Part shown: positions 37,918 to 48,188 of the stretch, piece after piece | Layout: every line of letters begins with the position of its first letter | Numbering within the stretch: the first letter of the stretch is position 1 | Source: an uncultured Alphaproteobacteria bacterium | GTDB taxonomy: Bacteria; Pseudomonadota; Alphaproteobacteria; UBA9655 | DNA: 64,000 nt | Reading direction: 5' to 3' | NCBI GenBank assembly: GCA_964424065.1 | Contig: CAYRHD010000007.1 | Coordinates: 9,094 to 73,093 of the forward strand | Notes under the pieces: generated by a model | What the model saw: only the letters and a program-made list of their open reading frames with translations | Databases searched by the model: none | Told to the model about the DNA's origin: nothing | Made by a program: the position numbers and the translations under genes

Positions 37918-39081
37918 CGATTTATATCCCGCCCACAAACTTATCAGACATAAAACGCCCATAACAATGCCTAGCATAAGGGGTGACGTGGGGATGAGAC
38001 TTGCAAAAAGACCTCCAAAAAACCCTGAACCAATTTGAATAGCTCCAATCATGGCTGCAGCGACGCCGGCTTTTTCAGGATGTAAATTCATGGCAGCTGA
38101 TGAAGCATTAACCGTGGCTAAAGCTGAAAATACATAAAAGAAGATCGTATAGATGATCAAGCTATTCGCGTCAGAACCAAGAATGATCGTTGTAATAATA
38201 TAGGCAAGGGTGCAGATAAAAGTGAGCAAGCTTCCAAAAAACAGGCCTTGACCAAATTTAATGCGGTAGGCCAAGCGACGGGCAATCGCAAAACCCACAA
38301 TATTACCGAATGCTCCAGTAACCCCAAGAAAACCATATTCTTGAGGAGTCCACCCATAGAGATTGATAAAAAGGTAAGGTGAAAGGGTAACATAGGAAAA
38401 GATCGAAGCCATTTGAGCAAAAAGAATAAGACATGCTAACGAAAAAGCCTTCTCTTTAAAAAGCAAAGCATAATTTATGAATGTCTTCATAAGCGGATAA
38501 TGCGGTTGTGATTTACTCTTGGTTTCAGGGAGTCGTAGCCAAACAAAAGCAGCCGTTATAATACCAAAGGCCATCAGAAAATAGAAATTCATTTTCCAGC
38601 CCACATAAAATTCAATATATCCGCCCAAAGTTGGAGCAATGGCTGGCGATACAGACATGACCATCATTACCGTTGAAGAATAATGGGCGAGATCAGCCCC
38701 TTCATAAAGATCTCGTCCCACTGCCCGGGCAACAAGCATGCCACAGCTTGACCCAACTCCTTGGAAAAAGCGCGCAATAATTAAACTATGAATCGACTGG
38801 GCTTCTGCACACCAAATGCTTGCGACGATAAAAATAATGAGACCTCCCTTTGCCACCATGAGCCGCCCTTTCTTATCTGAAATAGGACCTAACAGTAAGT
38901 TTCCAACCGCGGATCCAAGGAATAAAAGGGAGAGAGAAAGCTGAACCATATTATCCGAAGCGTTAAAGGCCTTGGTAATGGCCGGCATCGAGGGGAGAGT
39001 CAGTGCAGTAGAAAAAATACCAATTGCTGCAAGGAGCCATAAGATGGGGAGGAAAGGGTGGTTTTGAGAGCTTTGGGTCAT
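37903..39081 (-). CDS. MFS transporter (Bcr/CflA-like drug efflux subfamily)
   Basis: 392 aa with 12 predicted TM segments and the MFS motif GPISDKKGR. Confidence 0.8.
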   Translation of the reverse strand: MTQSSQNHPFLPILWLLAAIGIFSTALTLPSMPAITKAFNASDNMVQLSLSLLFLGSAVGNLLLGPISDKKGRLMVAKGGLIIFIVASIWCAEAQSIHSLIIARFFQGVGSSCGMLVARAVGRDLYEGADLAHYSSTVMMVMSVSPAIAPTLGGYIEFYVGWKMNFYFLMAFGIITAAFVWLRLPETKSKSQPHYPLMKTFINYALLFKEKAFSLACLILFAQMASIFSYVTLSPYLFINLYGWTPQEYGFLGVTGAFGNIVGFAIARRLAYRIKFGQGLFFGSLLTFICTLAYIITTIILGSDANSLIIYTIFFYVFSALATVNASSAAMNLHPEKAGVAAAMIGAIQIGSGFFGGLFASLIPTSPLMLGIVMGVLCLISLWAGYKSWLGR

Positions 39082-39227
39082 TGTTTTCCTTGTCTGCTAA
39101 ACTTCAAATTTGATTTTCAAACTAATAATTTACATAAACGTTAAAAAAGAACACAAAACGATTTGACAAGACCCTTTGTTTGATTATAGTCTCCCCATGA
39201 CTTATTTTTCCTAAAGGAACATTTTGC

Positions 39228-39842
39228 ATGACAAAACGAATTGACTCTAAACATAAAATTGACCGACGCTTGGGTGTTAACTTGTGGGGCCGGCCGAAGA
39301 GCCCTATTAATACACGCGCTTATGGGCCAGGTCAACATGGTCAACGCCGTTCTAAACCATCGGACTATGGGTTACAGCTTTCTGCAAAGCAAAAGCTGAA
39401 GGGATATTACGGAAACATAACAGAACGTCAGTTCCGTAGGCTTTATGCAGATGCCCTTCGTAAGCGTGGGGATACGGGTGAAAACCTTATTGGTCTTTTA
39501 GAATCACGTTTAGATGCAGTAGTATACCGTATGAAATTTGTACCAACCGTCTTTGCAGCACGTCAATTTGTCAACCATGGTCATGTTATGGTGAATGGTA
39601 AGCGCGTCAACATACCTTCATATCTTGTCAAGCCAGGTGACGTTGTTGAAGTTCGTCAAAAATCAAAAGAATTGCCTATGGTTTTAGAAGCAACCCAGCT
39701 CGCTGAGAGAGATATTCCTGAATATATGGATGTGGATCAAAAAACCATGAAAGGAACCTACGTAAGAGTTCCTACTCTTCTTGAAGTTCCCTATCCGGTT
39801 CAAATGGAACCCCATCTTGTGGTTGAGTTCTACTCTCGATAG
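39228..39842 (+). CDS. rpsD: 30S ribosomal protein S4
   Basis: 204 aa. Begins [22 protein letters not shown] and has an S4 RNA-binding domain. Confidence 0.95.
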   Translation: MTKRIDSKHKIDRRLGVNLWGRPKSPINTRAYGPGQHGQRRSKPSDYGLQLSAKQKLKGYYGNITERQFRRLYADALRKRGDTGENLIGLLESRLDAVVYRMKFVPTVFAARQFVNHGHVMVNGKRVNIPSYLVKPGDVVEVRQKSKELPMVLEATQLAERDIPEYMDVDQKTMKGTYVRVPTLLEVPYPVQMEPHLVVEFYSR

Positions 39843-39855
39843 TTCTTTACTATAG

Positions 39856-39931
<76 letters not shown>

Positions 39932-40461
39932 GGGAACTCAAGGGTTTCTAAATCTCCGCGTTTCTCAAGCACACGTTAATTTTTTAAAGAAGCTTACGAA
40001 AGGATTTGCTAGTTAGACAAAGTTAAGTTTAACTATATCACATATAGCATTATTTTCCAATTGACGTTATTTTCGTTCTCTGCAAAAACTAGTCAAAATA
40101 TTACTGTTCATGGAAATGCTGCTATTAGTGGAAATGACAATAAAGTTGACAACGTCACAAATGTTTCAGGAGAATCAATCACCATTTTCTTCCAAATCTC
40201 GATAGCTAATTCTATATTAGCAGTACCACCTTATACAACTTAAGATGATCTCTCTTTGAAAATGACGCCATTTAAAATCTCTCATCATTCCTCCACAAAA
40301 AACTTCCACTTTACATTCATATCATTCCTATATTTTTGCAACAGAGCTATAAATTTTCTAAACGGTTATCTAATTTTCTTGATTTATTTTCTCTATAAGC
40401 TTTATATAAAAATATTATTTTTGGAGGATATGCATCTAAAATATAAATTTTTTGAGAGAGT

Positions 40462-41094
40462 ATGATAAAAAAAATCCCACGATGTGTTTTTTGTAATTTA
40501 GAAGAAAAATTGAAAATTTATGCAACAAAAAATTTTTTTGTTATATTTGATCCTTACCCTTTAGTTGAGGGACATCTTATCATAAGTTCAAAAGCACATT
40601 ATGGATGTTTAGGAGACTTACCTTATAATATGTTAGAAGAAATATTTATTTTAAAGGAAAAAGTCGCTAAAATAATTACAAAGGTTTACAGGAATGTATG
40701 CTTTTATGAACATGGGCGTGCTGGAGGGTGTTTACCAACAGACCCTAACAATCGTATGTGTCATCATTTACATCTTCATGCTATTCCTTTTTATGGCGAT
40801 ATAGTTAAGGATTTAGAATTAAAGTTTAAACCAGAAAAGCTAGACAATTTTTTTAAGGTTAAAGAATATTATGAAGGCCTTGGGGAATATCTCTATTTTG
40901 AAAATTCATTAGGTGAAATGATGTTTTATTCCGTTAATGAAGGAGATGTGCCTATGCATTATTTTAGAACATTGATTTCTAAGTACATAGGAAAACCACA
41001 TCTTGCCGACTGGTCCTTGTTTCCCCATAGAGACACATGTACATTAAAAACTGCTTCAAAAAAGATTCAGCAATATCATTATCTATTTGATTAG
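40462..41094 (+). CDS. HIT-superfamily protein with ~90-aa C-terminal extension
   Basis: 210 aa with CVFCN, EGHLIISSKAH and the histidine triad CHHLHLHAIPF. Confidence 0.7.
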   Translation: MIKKIPRCVFCNLEEKLKIYATKNFFVIFDPYPLVEGHLIISSKAHYGCLGDLPYNMLEEIFILKEKVAKIITKVYRNVCFYEHGRAGGCLPTDPNNRMCHHLHLHAIPFYGDIVKDLELKFKPEKLDNFFKVKEYYEGLGEYLYFENSLGEMMFYSVNEGDVPMHYFRTLISKYIGKPHLADWSLFPHRDTCTLKTASKKIQQYHYLFD

Positions 41095-41111
41095 GAGCAA
41101 TCTACATAAAT

Positions 41112-42263
41112 ATGATTTATTTAGACAATGCTAGTACTAGTTGGCCAAAACCATCAGCTCTTATTGAAGAGATGGATATTTATTTGAAAGAGATTGGTGT
41201 AAGTCCATTACGCGGAAGTTATAGCAAAACAGAGGAGGGAGATTTTTTTATCTCGAATGTAAGGCGTAAACTTTCAAATTTATTTAATATAAACAACCCA
41301 AATCAAATTAGCTTTACTTTAAATGCGACTCATTCTCTTAATATTGTATTAAAAGGTCTTTTGAAAGCTGGAGATCATGTTGTGCTCTCAAATTTTGAAC
41401 ATAACTCTGTTATAAGGCCTTTAGAAAAATTAATGAGAAGTTCTGGAATCTTCTATAGTATCTACGAGTCGAACTCAGAAGGTTTTTTTGATCTTGAACA
41501 AATCGAAACTTTAATTCGTGACAATACGAAGCTTATAATATGTAATCATGCTTCTAATGTAATCGGAGTTATAAGCCCTATTTCTGAGATTGGAAAGATT
41601 TCTCAAAAACATGGCATTTTTTTTCTTGTAGATTGTGCGCAAACTGCTGGAATTTTAAAGATTGATGTTGAACAAGATCATATCGACTTTCTTGCGGGGA
41701 CATCTCATAAGACTCTCTTGGGCCCTCCTGGATTAGGCTTTCTATATGTTAAGGATCCATCAAAATTAGATACCCTTTGTGAGGGTGGAAGTGGATATAA
41801 TTCGCTTTCAAAGATACACCCTCAAATTATGCCCTTAAAGTTTGAAGCGGGTACTTTAAATTATCTTGGAATAGCTGGGTTGTATGGAAGTTTAAAATTT
41901 TTAGAAAATGAGGGAACAGCTAAAATTTATGATTTAGAGATGCAACTTATGCAATATTTTTTGGAAAATATTTCCCAAATAAAACATGTTAAAATCTACG
42001 GAACTCAAAAGTTAAATTTTAAAATTCCCCTTTTATCTTTCAATTTGAAATCATTGCTTCCATCGGAAGTAGCCTATATTTTAGACAAAAAATATTCTAT
42101 TTGTGTCCGAGCAGGAATTCAATGTGCACCATTAATACATAAAACTATTAATACACTGCCCCATGGAACTGTTCGAATTAGTTTTGGATTTCAAAATTCT
42201 ATCGAAGAAGTGGATTTGTTAGTCCAAGCAATTAAAAATATTTCCTATAAAAAGGCGGTGTAA
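41112..42263 (+). CDS. class V aminotransferase-fold PLP enzyme (short-N-terminus cysteine desulfurase/selenocysteine lyase-like)
   Basis: 383 aa with the N-terminus MIYLDNASTSWPKP, the PLP lysine in GTSHKTLLGPPG and a candidate catalytic Cys in RAGIQCAPLIHK. Confidence 0.8.
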   Translation: MIYLDNASTSWPKPSALIEEMDIYLKEIGVSPLRGSYSKTEEGDFFISNVRRKLSNLFNINNPNQISFTLNATHSLNIVLKGLLKAGDHVVLSNFEHNSVIRPLEKLMRSSGIFYSIYESNSEGFFDLEQIETLIRDNTKLIICNHASNVIGVISPISEIGKISQKHGIFFLVDCAQTAGILKIDVEQDHIDFLAGTSHKTLLGPPGLGFLYVKDPSKLDTLCEGGSGYNSLSKIHPQIMPLKFEAGTLNYLGIAGLYGSLKFLENEGTAKIYDLEMQLMQYFLENISQIKHVKIYGTQKLNFKIPLLSFNLKSLLPSEVAYILDKKYSICVRAGIQCAPLIHKTINTLPHGTVRISFGFQNSIEEVDLLVQAIKNISYKKAV

Positions 42264-42341
42264 AATTTTTGTGAGATTATGGTAATAAAAATCTATATAA
42301 AACAGAAAGTTATTAACAAAGCCTTGCCAAAGAATTATTTT

Positions 42342-42355
42342 ATGTATAAATACAT
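42342..42355. promoter_or_regulatory. perfect inverted repeat ATGTAT-AA-ATACAT (operator candidate) 6 nt upstream of the XRE gene start
   Basis: The palindrome was read directly from the sequence. The same half-site motif recurs three times in the 49092-49438 divergent control region. Confidence 0.55.
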
Positions 42356-42360
42356 AAAAT

Positions 42361-42807
42361 ATGATAAAAATTGCTTCACAAATAAAAAATAGACTTCTTG
42401 AAAGAGGAATGTCAGCACATGCCCTTGAAAAACATGCTGGATTAAAGTCGAGCGCAGTTCAAAATATTCTTAATGGCCGATCGAAAAATCCAAGTATTAC
42501 TATTATTCAAGCTATCGCACAAGCACTTGACTGTAGTGTTCATGATCTTATTGGTGAAGTTTCTTATGAAAATAAGGATGATAATCCACAAATAAATAAA
42601 CTTTCTAGTTCTCCTTGGAATCTTGAACTTTATTTAGAGGTATTTGAAACTGTTACTTCTATTTTAAAAATTAAAAAAATTAACCTCTCAAAGGAAAAAA
42701 TTTTAGAAATTGTAGATGAAGTTTATTTATATGCTCAAAAAGGAAATCAAGATAAGCCTGATGCTCAATTTGCAATGTGGATTATAGAAAAATATATTAA
42801 ATTATGA
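42361..42807 (+). CDS. XRE-family helix-turn-helix transcriptional regulator
   Basis: 148 aa. The N-terminal ~65 aa have a Cro/C1-type HTH pattern (LLERGMSAHALEKHAGLKSSAVQNILNGRSKNPSITIIQAIAQAL). The C-terminal half has no recognised domain. Confidence 0.8.
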   Translation: MIKIASQIKNRLLERGMSAHALEKHAGLKSSAVQNILNGRSKNPSITIIQAIAQALDCSVHDLIGEVSYENKDDNPQINKLSSSPWNLELYLEVFETVTSILKIKKINLSKEKILEIVDEVYLYAQKGNQDKPDAQFAMWIIEKYIKL

Positions 42808-42849
42808 GTTTAAACAATAAATTCAAAAATTAAAAAAAATGAAACTTAT

Positions 42850-44577
42850 ATGAAATTTAAAAAATTATATATAAATAAAGATTATTTTACATTTTTATGT
42901 ACCCTTTTTTTTGCTTCAACATTACTCGTAGGTTTTTTTATTTATGATGCCTATCAAGCTCAAGTGACTGATAAACATAGAAGGTTACGTATCACTGGGA
43001 ATGAAATAGCTATAAATTTAGATGAATTTCTAACTCAAATAAGTGAAATTGTGCTTTCTTTCGGAAAACATATATCTTCTGGAAATACAACTCCTGTTCG
43101 GATAGCTAATGTATTAGGAAAAAAATCGGAAAATCATTATCCAACCGATTTTTTATCTAAAATAGATGCATCTTGGATTTCAAATAACGATTTTATGACT
43201 TTTAATAATCAGTATGGAGTTCTTGATAATCCCACAAATATGTCATTCCGCTCTTATGTTAAGGCTTGTAAAAAGGTTCCGTGGAAATTGCATTTTTCAA
43301 AACCCGCAGTTGGAACTCCTGGAGGATTATGGCAAATTCCGGCTGGAATGGGTATAACAGATAGCGAGGGTAAATACGTTGGAATTATTGCTATAGGGCT
43401 AAATATTGCTGAACTAAATAGCAAAATTCATCGAATTTCATTTGAAAGAGGAGTAAGTTTTGTCCTCTTAGATGATCAATATAGAATTATTCTACAGTCA
43501 CTTGATAATGAGCTTGATCCAAATAGTACATTTTATAGAGACTACTTTTCAGAAAACTCTTTGTTTTTAAATGATGAAGGAATTTTGAAAAATCCTCTAA
43601 TATATAAAGGAATAAATTATAGTTACTATAAGAAAATTAATAATTATCCTTATATATTGTTAATGGGATTTGATAATATTATTTTACAAAACGAATTAAA
43701 AAATAGCATCTTTCCTCATTTGATGGAGTTTGTTGGAATTGGAATTTTAATTTTAATTTTGTTCTTTCTATTTCATAAAAGAATTTTAAAACTGTCGCAA
43801 TTATCTCAAAAAACCCGAGAATCTTTTACTCATCAATTAAAATCTGACATGGATGTCTTTATTAATACAATAATCGCGTATAGCGCCATCATAAAAAAGT
43901 ATTACAATGGCGAGATTGAGGTAGGAGTTGATGAAAAGAGACTTAGAGACTTAATTGAAGAGATATTCCAGAGTGCTTTGAATCTTAGAGTATTTACAAC
44001 TGATTTTCTTAATTTTAATTATGTGTGTGTCAATTCAATTATTAATGAAGTTATAACTATGCAATCTCAAAAACTCGCAATAAAAAACATTAAAGTGAAA
44101 ACTTCTTTAATTAAGGAGCTTCCTCGACTTTGGGCAGATGAACTTCGGCTAAAGCAGATTTTAGGAGGGTTAATATCCCTGAGCATTAAATGTACACAAA
44201 AAAAGGGATGTATGAAAATTATCAATCATTTAAGCGAGGAAAATTCAAGTAATACCTTATATATAATTATCGAAGATAATGGTTTTACTCTCGATGAAGA
44301 TGATTTTGAGCGAATAGATAAGAAGTCTGATTGCGACCTTTTTAAAAATGATATATACGGTTTGGGCCTTGAATATCCAGCTATTAAAGAATTGGTTAAA
44401 CTTCATAGTGGATGCATAAAAGTTGAAAGATTAGAGAAAAGAGGGAAAAAGTTTATTCTTACGTTCCCTTACATTAATCCTTCTCTACGAATGAATGGCA
44501 TGCTCAATAATTCCAAATTGCAAGAGTCTCAAGTTCTTCAAATGTTCAAAGATAGTCAAACAACTTCTATTTCATAG
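42850..44577 (+). CDS. membrane sensor histidine-kinase-like protein (Cache-like extracytoplasmic domain; degenerate N box)
   Basis: 575 aa with two TM segments flanking a ~270-aa extracytoplasmic domain. It has an H-box-like FTHQLKSDMD, a G1-like EDNGF and a G2 YGLGL. The N box reads GGLISLSIK, so both conserved Asn residues are missing. Confidence 0.65.
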   Translation: MKFKKLYINKDYFTFLCTLFFASTLLVGFFIYDAYQAQVTDKHRRLRITGNEIAINLDEFLTQISEIVLSFGKHISSGNTTPVRIANVLGKKSENHYPTDFLSKIDASWISNNDFMTFNNQYGVLDNPTNMSFRSYVKACKKVPWKLHFSKPAVGTPGGLWQIPAGMGITDSEGKYVGIIAIGLNIAELNSKIHRISFERGVSFVLLDDQYRIILQSLDNELDPNSTFYRDYFSENSLFLNDEGILKNPLIYKGINYSYYKKINNYPYILLMGFDNIILQNELKNSIFPHLMEFVGIGILILILFFLFHKRILKLSQLSQKTRESFTHQLKSDMDVFINTIIAYSAIIKKYYNGEIEVGVDEKRLRDLIEEIFQSALNLRVFTTDFLNFNYVCVNSIINEVITMQSQKLAIKNIKVKTSLIKELPRLWADELRLKQILGGLISLSIKCTQKKGCMKIINHLSEENSSNTLYIIIEDNGFTLDEDDFERIDKKSDCDLFKNDIYGLGLEYPAIKELVKLHSGCIKVERLEKRGKKFILTFPYINPSLRMNGMLNNSKLQESQVLQMFKDSQTTSIS

Positions 44578-44578
44578 A

Positions 44579-47500
44579 TTAAGGTTGGTACCTACAAGCT
44601 TTCAGTTTTAGAAGAGATTCTTGTATTCCTTTTTTATCTTTTAGTTCAGTTAAGAGCTTATTAGCTTTTTGAAAATGGTGTATGGCTTTTTCTGAATGAT
44701 TTTCTAGAAATTCTAACTCACCTAATCCTAAGAGCGTCCTTCCTTCTCCTCTTTTATTATTTAATTGATTAAAAATAGAAAGCGCTTGTTGGTAGGCAAT
44801 ATGGGCTTCTTTAAAATTTCTTTTCTTAGTAAATAAATGGCCAAGTTCTCTTAATGTATCCCCTTCGTGAATTAGATTTTCTCTAAATTTAAAAAGATCT
44901 AAAGCACGATTTAAAAAAATCATAGCTTGTTCATAATGAGCTGAATTTGCCTCTAGAATGCCTAACTTTTGCCATACAATTCCTTCAAGCAATGTATCAT
45001 CTTGTTGCTTGAACAGTTGTAATGCTTCTTGAAAATATAACTGAGCTTCATAATTTTTTCCTTCTCTTACTTTTAAAAGGCCAAAGTCTAATTTCGTCTT
45101 AGCGATCTCTATGCTATTATTGATTTTCTTTGAAAGTGATAGGGCTGAATTATAAAGCATTTCAGCCTGATCGTAATGTTCCATTTCCTGGCGGAGTGTA
45201 GCTTCTTCTCTTAAAACTTTGACTTTACCTTGTATGTCTCCGATGCTTGTATAAATTCTATTAGAGTTGTCATAAAGCTCTTCGGCTTTTTGAAAATCAG
45301 AAAGTAAATACTCCAAACGTCCTAATCTTCGTAATGAATCCGCTTCTCCTTTTCGATCATTTGTTTGCCTAAAAATTGTTAAAGCTTGATTATAATAATT
45401 TCGGCACTCATCGAAGTTATCTTGATAAAATGATATGCTTCCTAAACTAACAAGAGCTTTAGCCTCTCCCACTTTGTGTCCAACTTTTTTGCAAAGTTCC
45501 AAACTTCGCTCATAAGATTTTTGAGCATTATTATAGTGGTTGCTTTCTTCTTCAATAAGACCTAAGGTCCTGCTGACTTCAATTTCTCCCCATTTATGAT
45601 TAATGGTTGTAAAAAGAAGCAATGCTTGATCGCAGGTTGTACGCGCTCTTCCATAATTCCCTAGAGTTACATCCAGCTTACATAAACTAAATAAAGTTTG
45701 GGCTTCTACTTGTTTTTCTCCAATTTCCTTTGATAGAAGGAATGCTTGTTCTAAGGAATCTCTGGATTTTTCGTACTCTCCTAATGAGCCTTCTATTTCT
45801 CCTAAATCTCTTAACGCTCTTGCCTCGTTCCGCTTGTTTCCGAGTTTTTTGAAAGATTTAATAGATGTCATATAAATATTTATTGCTTCATCATAATTAT
45901 TTAAGTTTCTTTCTAGATCAGCTTGTTCTAAGATTAATTCTGATATTCCACTCGCATATTTAATTTGTTTTGATAGAGTAAGGGCCTCGGTAAGTAGTGT
46001 TCTTGCTTTTGTGAAGTTACCAATTCTGCGATTGACTTCAGCTAATGCCAAAAGAGAATTTGATTGTCCTGACCGTTCACTCAGGTCTTTATATAAACTT
46101 ATGGCAGATTCAAAAAGTAAAATGGCTTCCCAGGTAAGCCCTTCACGTGAATTGATGTGTCCTAATCCTTCTATCGCGTAAGCCATACACCATTTATTTC
46201 CGATGTTCTTCGCAAGAATAAGTCCTTGCTCGTAGTTACTACGAGCTTTACGAGAGTTGCCTAGAAGTCTGTTAATATCACCCATGAATGACAAAGTCTT
46301 ACTTTGATATTCTTTATTTTTAATTTTGCAAAAAAGAACATAAGCTTGATCAGATAACTCTTTACTTTTTTCGTAGGAACATAATTCTTTCTCGAGTTTT
46401 GCAAGTCCTAATAATGCCTTGGCTTTATAATATACGTTATTAATATTATTTGAAATGGATAAAGAATTTTTATAATATGTTCGAGCTTCATTATAATTTC
46501 CATGTATGCGATTAATGCCTCCTAATCCTAATAAAGAAACTGCTTTAATTTCGGAGTCCTTGCATTTTTCAGAAATGGAGAAAGCTTTTTTAAAATAATC
46601 AAGAGATTCTTCGTAATTATTGACATATGTCTCTAATTTTCCTAAGCCAAGATAAACAACAGCTTCAAGTTTATTAGAAGAACCATTTTCTTTACTCATT
46701 GATTTTAATTTTAAAATAGCATTTCTATAAAGATCTCGAGCCTGATTATATCTCCCTACAGCTGTCATTAAATTTCCATAATCAATAAAAACCTTAAATT
46801 CTCCAAGTGGATTATGGATATCGGTAAAATATAAAAATGCCTTTTCAAAATTTGCTTCGGCTTCATTATAATTTGATAGTAAAAAATTTAAGCGACCAAA
46901 ATAATACAGAGAGTCAGCTATTCCATTAATATCATTTATTTTTTTAAATAATTGAAGGGCTTGTTCAAAATATATTTGAGATTCTTCGTAATTACCTAAC
47001 TTCATCTCTAATTTGCCCTTTGCTTTTAGAATTTTAGCCTCGCCACGTATGTCTTTTGTTTCCTTAAACAGAAAATGTGCTTGATTAAAAGCTGTTAGAG
47101 CTTGTTCATAATGACCTAATTTAGCTTCTAAGTTACCAATTCCTTTTAGTACGGCTCCTTCTTGAACTCGGGATCCTTCCTTTTTGAAAATTGTGAGGGC
47201 TTTCTCATAATCCTCGCGAGCTTCCTCATTATTGCCAGTTAATTTTTTTATATAAGCGAGCCCATTTAAAGCTGTAGCTTCCCCTTTCTTATCATCTAGC
47301 TTTTTAAATAAAAAAATTGCCGAAAGATATGATTCAGCAGCTTTCTTAAAGTCACTATATCTTTCTAAATCTCCTTTCTTTAATAATACTTGCGCTTGCC
47401 CGTCGAAATTATTAATTTTTTGAAAATGTGAATAAGCCTTTTCGTAAAGTTCCTTACATTTTTCAAAATGTCCCAAATAATATTCAGTTTGGCCTAAATC

Positions 47501-48103
47501 TGATAATGTTCGAGCAATTCCTTCTTTATCATCTAATTCTTCGAAATAGTTAAGAGCTAAGCTATAATTTCGCATAGCTTCAAGGAGGTGACCAAGAAGA
47601 CGCTTGCTCGTACCAATGCCGCATAATGAATAAGCTTCCCCTGTTTTTTCTTTTTCTTGTTTAAAAATATCAAGAGCTTTTTGATAATTTATGCTTGCTT
47701 GTTCGAAAAAATTTTTATTTCTTTGTTTTTCAGCTAAATAAAATAGAAGTTTTCCTTCTTTACACCTTTTTGAAATATTACCTTCGCATAGTTTTATATC
47801 AGGTTTATCATTCGAAAGTTTCGGATCAAAGGCGTTACTTAGAATGATTGAAGCGGAAGAGGATAGTTTTTCATTTATGGGAGATAGTATATTTTTTTTG
47901 TCTAGGTAACAAGAGAAATATAAGTAACTTATAAAAATGAGAGTTATTAAAAATAAACTACCTAGCCAAAATATGTGCTTTTTATTTTTAGGATTTTTAT
48001 AAAAAAAATAAACTAAACATAAGATAAATATGAAAGAAAAAATTGACAAATAATACAAACCGACATTGTTAAATAAAATTTTTTGAAATTTGTTGAAATC
48101 CAT
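44579..48103 (-). CDS. membrane-anchored tetratricopeptide-repeat protein
   Basis: 1174 aa with two N-terminal TM helices, followed by about 26 consecutive ~40-aa TPR-like units (recurring ...G.A...LG......G.Y..A...YE.AL.I....D..GEA...). Confidence 0.85.
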   Translation of the reverse strand: MDFNKFQKILFNNVGLYYLSIFSFIFILCLVYFFYKNPKNKKHIFWLGSLFLITLIFISYLYFSCYLDKKNILSPINEKLSSSASIILSNAFDPKLSNDKPDIKLCEGNISKRCKEGKLLFYLAEKQRNKNFFEQASINYQKALDIFKQEKEKTGEAYSLCGIGTSKRLLGHLLEAMRNYSLALNYFEELDDKEGIARTLSDLGQTEYYLGHFEKCKELYEKAYSHFQKINNFDGQAQVLLKKGDLERYSDFKKAAESYLSAIFLFKKLDDKKGEATALNGLAYIKKLTGNNEEAREDYEKALTIFKKEGSRVQEGAVLKGIGNLEAKLGHYEQALTAFNQAHFLFKETKDIRGEAKILKAKGKLEMKLGNYEESQIYFEQALQLFKKINDINGIADSLYYFGRLNFLLSNYNEAEANFEKAFLYFTDIHNPLGEFKVFIDYGNLMTAVGRYNQARDLYRNAILKLKSMSKENGSSNKLEAVVYLGLGKLETYVNNYEESLDYFKKAFSISEKCKDSEIKAVSLLGLGGINRIHGNYNEARTYYKNSLSISNNINNVYYKAKALLGLAKLEKELCSYEKSKELSDQAYVLFCKIKNKEYQSKTLSFMGDINRLLGNSRKARSNYEQGLILAKNIGNKWCMAYAIEGLGHINSREGLTWEAILLFESAISLYKDLSERSGQSNSLLALAEVNRRIGNFTKARTLLTEALTLSKQIKYASGISELILEQADLERNLNNYDEAINIYMTSIKSFKKLGNKRNEARALRDLGEIEGSLGEYEKSRDSLEQAFLLSKEIGEKQVEAQTLFSLCKLDVTLGNYGRARTTCDQALLLFTTINHKWGEIEVSRTLGLIEEESNHYNNAQKSYERSLELCKKVGHKVGEAKALVSLGSISFYQDNFDECRNYYNQALTIFRQTNDRKGEADSLRRLGRLEYLLSDFQKAEELYDNSNRIYTSIGDIQGKVKVLREEATLRQEMEHYDQAEMLYNSALSLSKKINNSIEIAKTKLDFGLLKVREGKNYEAQLYFQEALQLFKQQDDTLLEGIVWQKLGILEANSAHYEQAMIFLNRALDLFKFRENLIHEGDTLRELGHLFTKKRNFKEAHIAYQQALSIFNQLNNKRGEGRTLLGLGELEFLENHSEKAIHHFQKANKLLTELKDKKGIQESLLKLKACRYQP

Positions 48104-48188
48104 AAAAAATCCTTTAAATTTTTATAAGATAATTTTATTCATTATTATTTTTTATCTGGTTGATTTAGCGGATTATTTTATAACCCTA

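Noticed and set aside
40061-40465. Two ~60-70-aa ORFs in the non-coding leader of the island
   Set aside because: The first starts at a TTG. Both are low-complexity products of AT-rich sequence, with no RBS and no recognisable motif.
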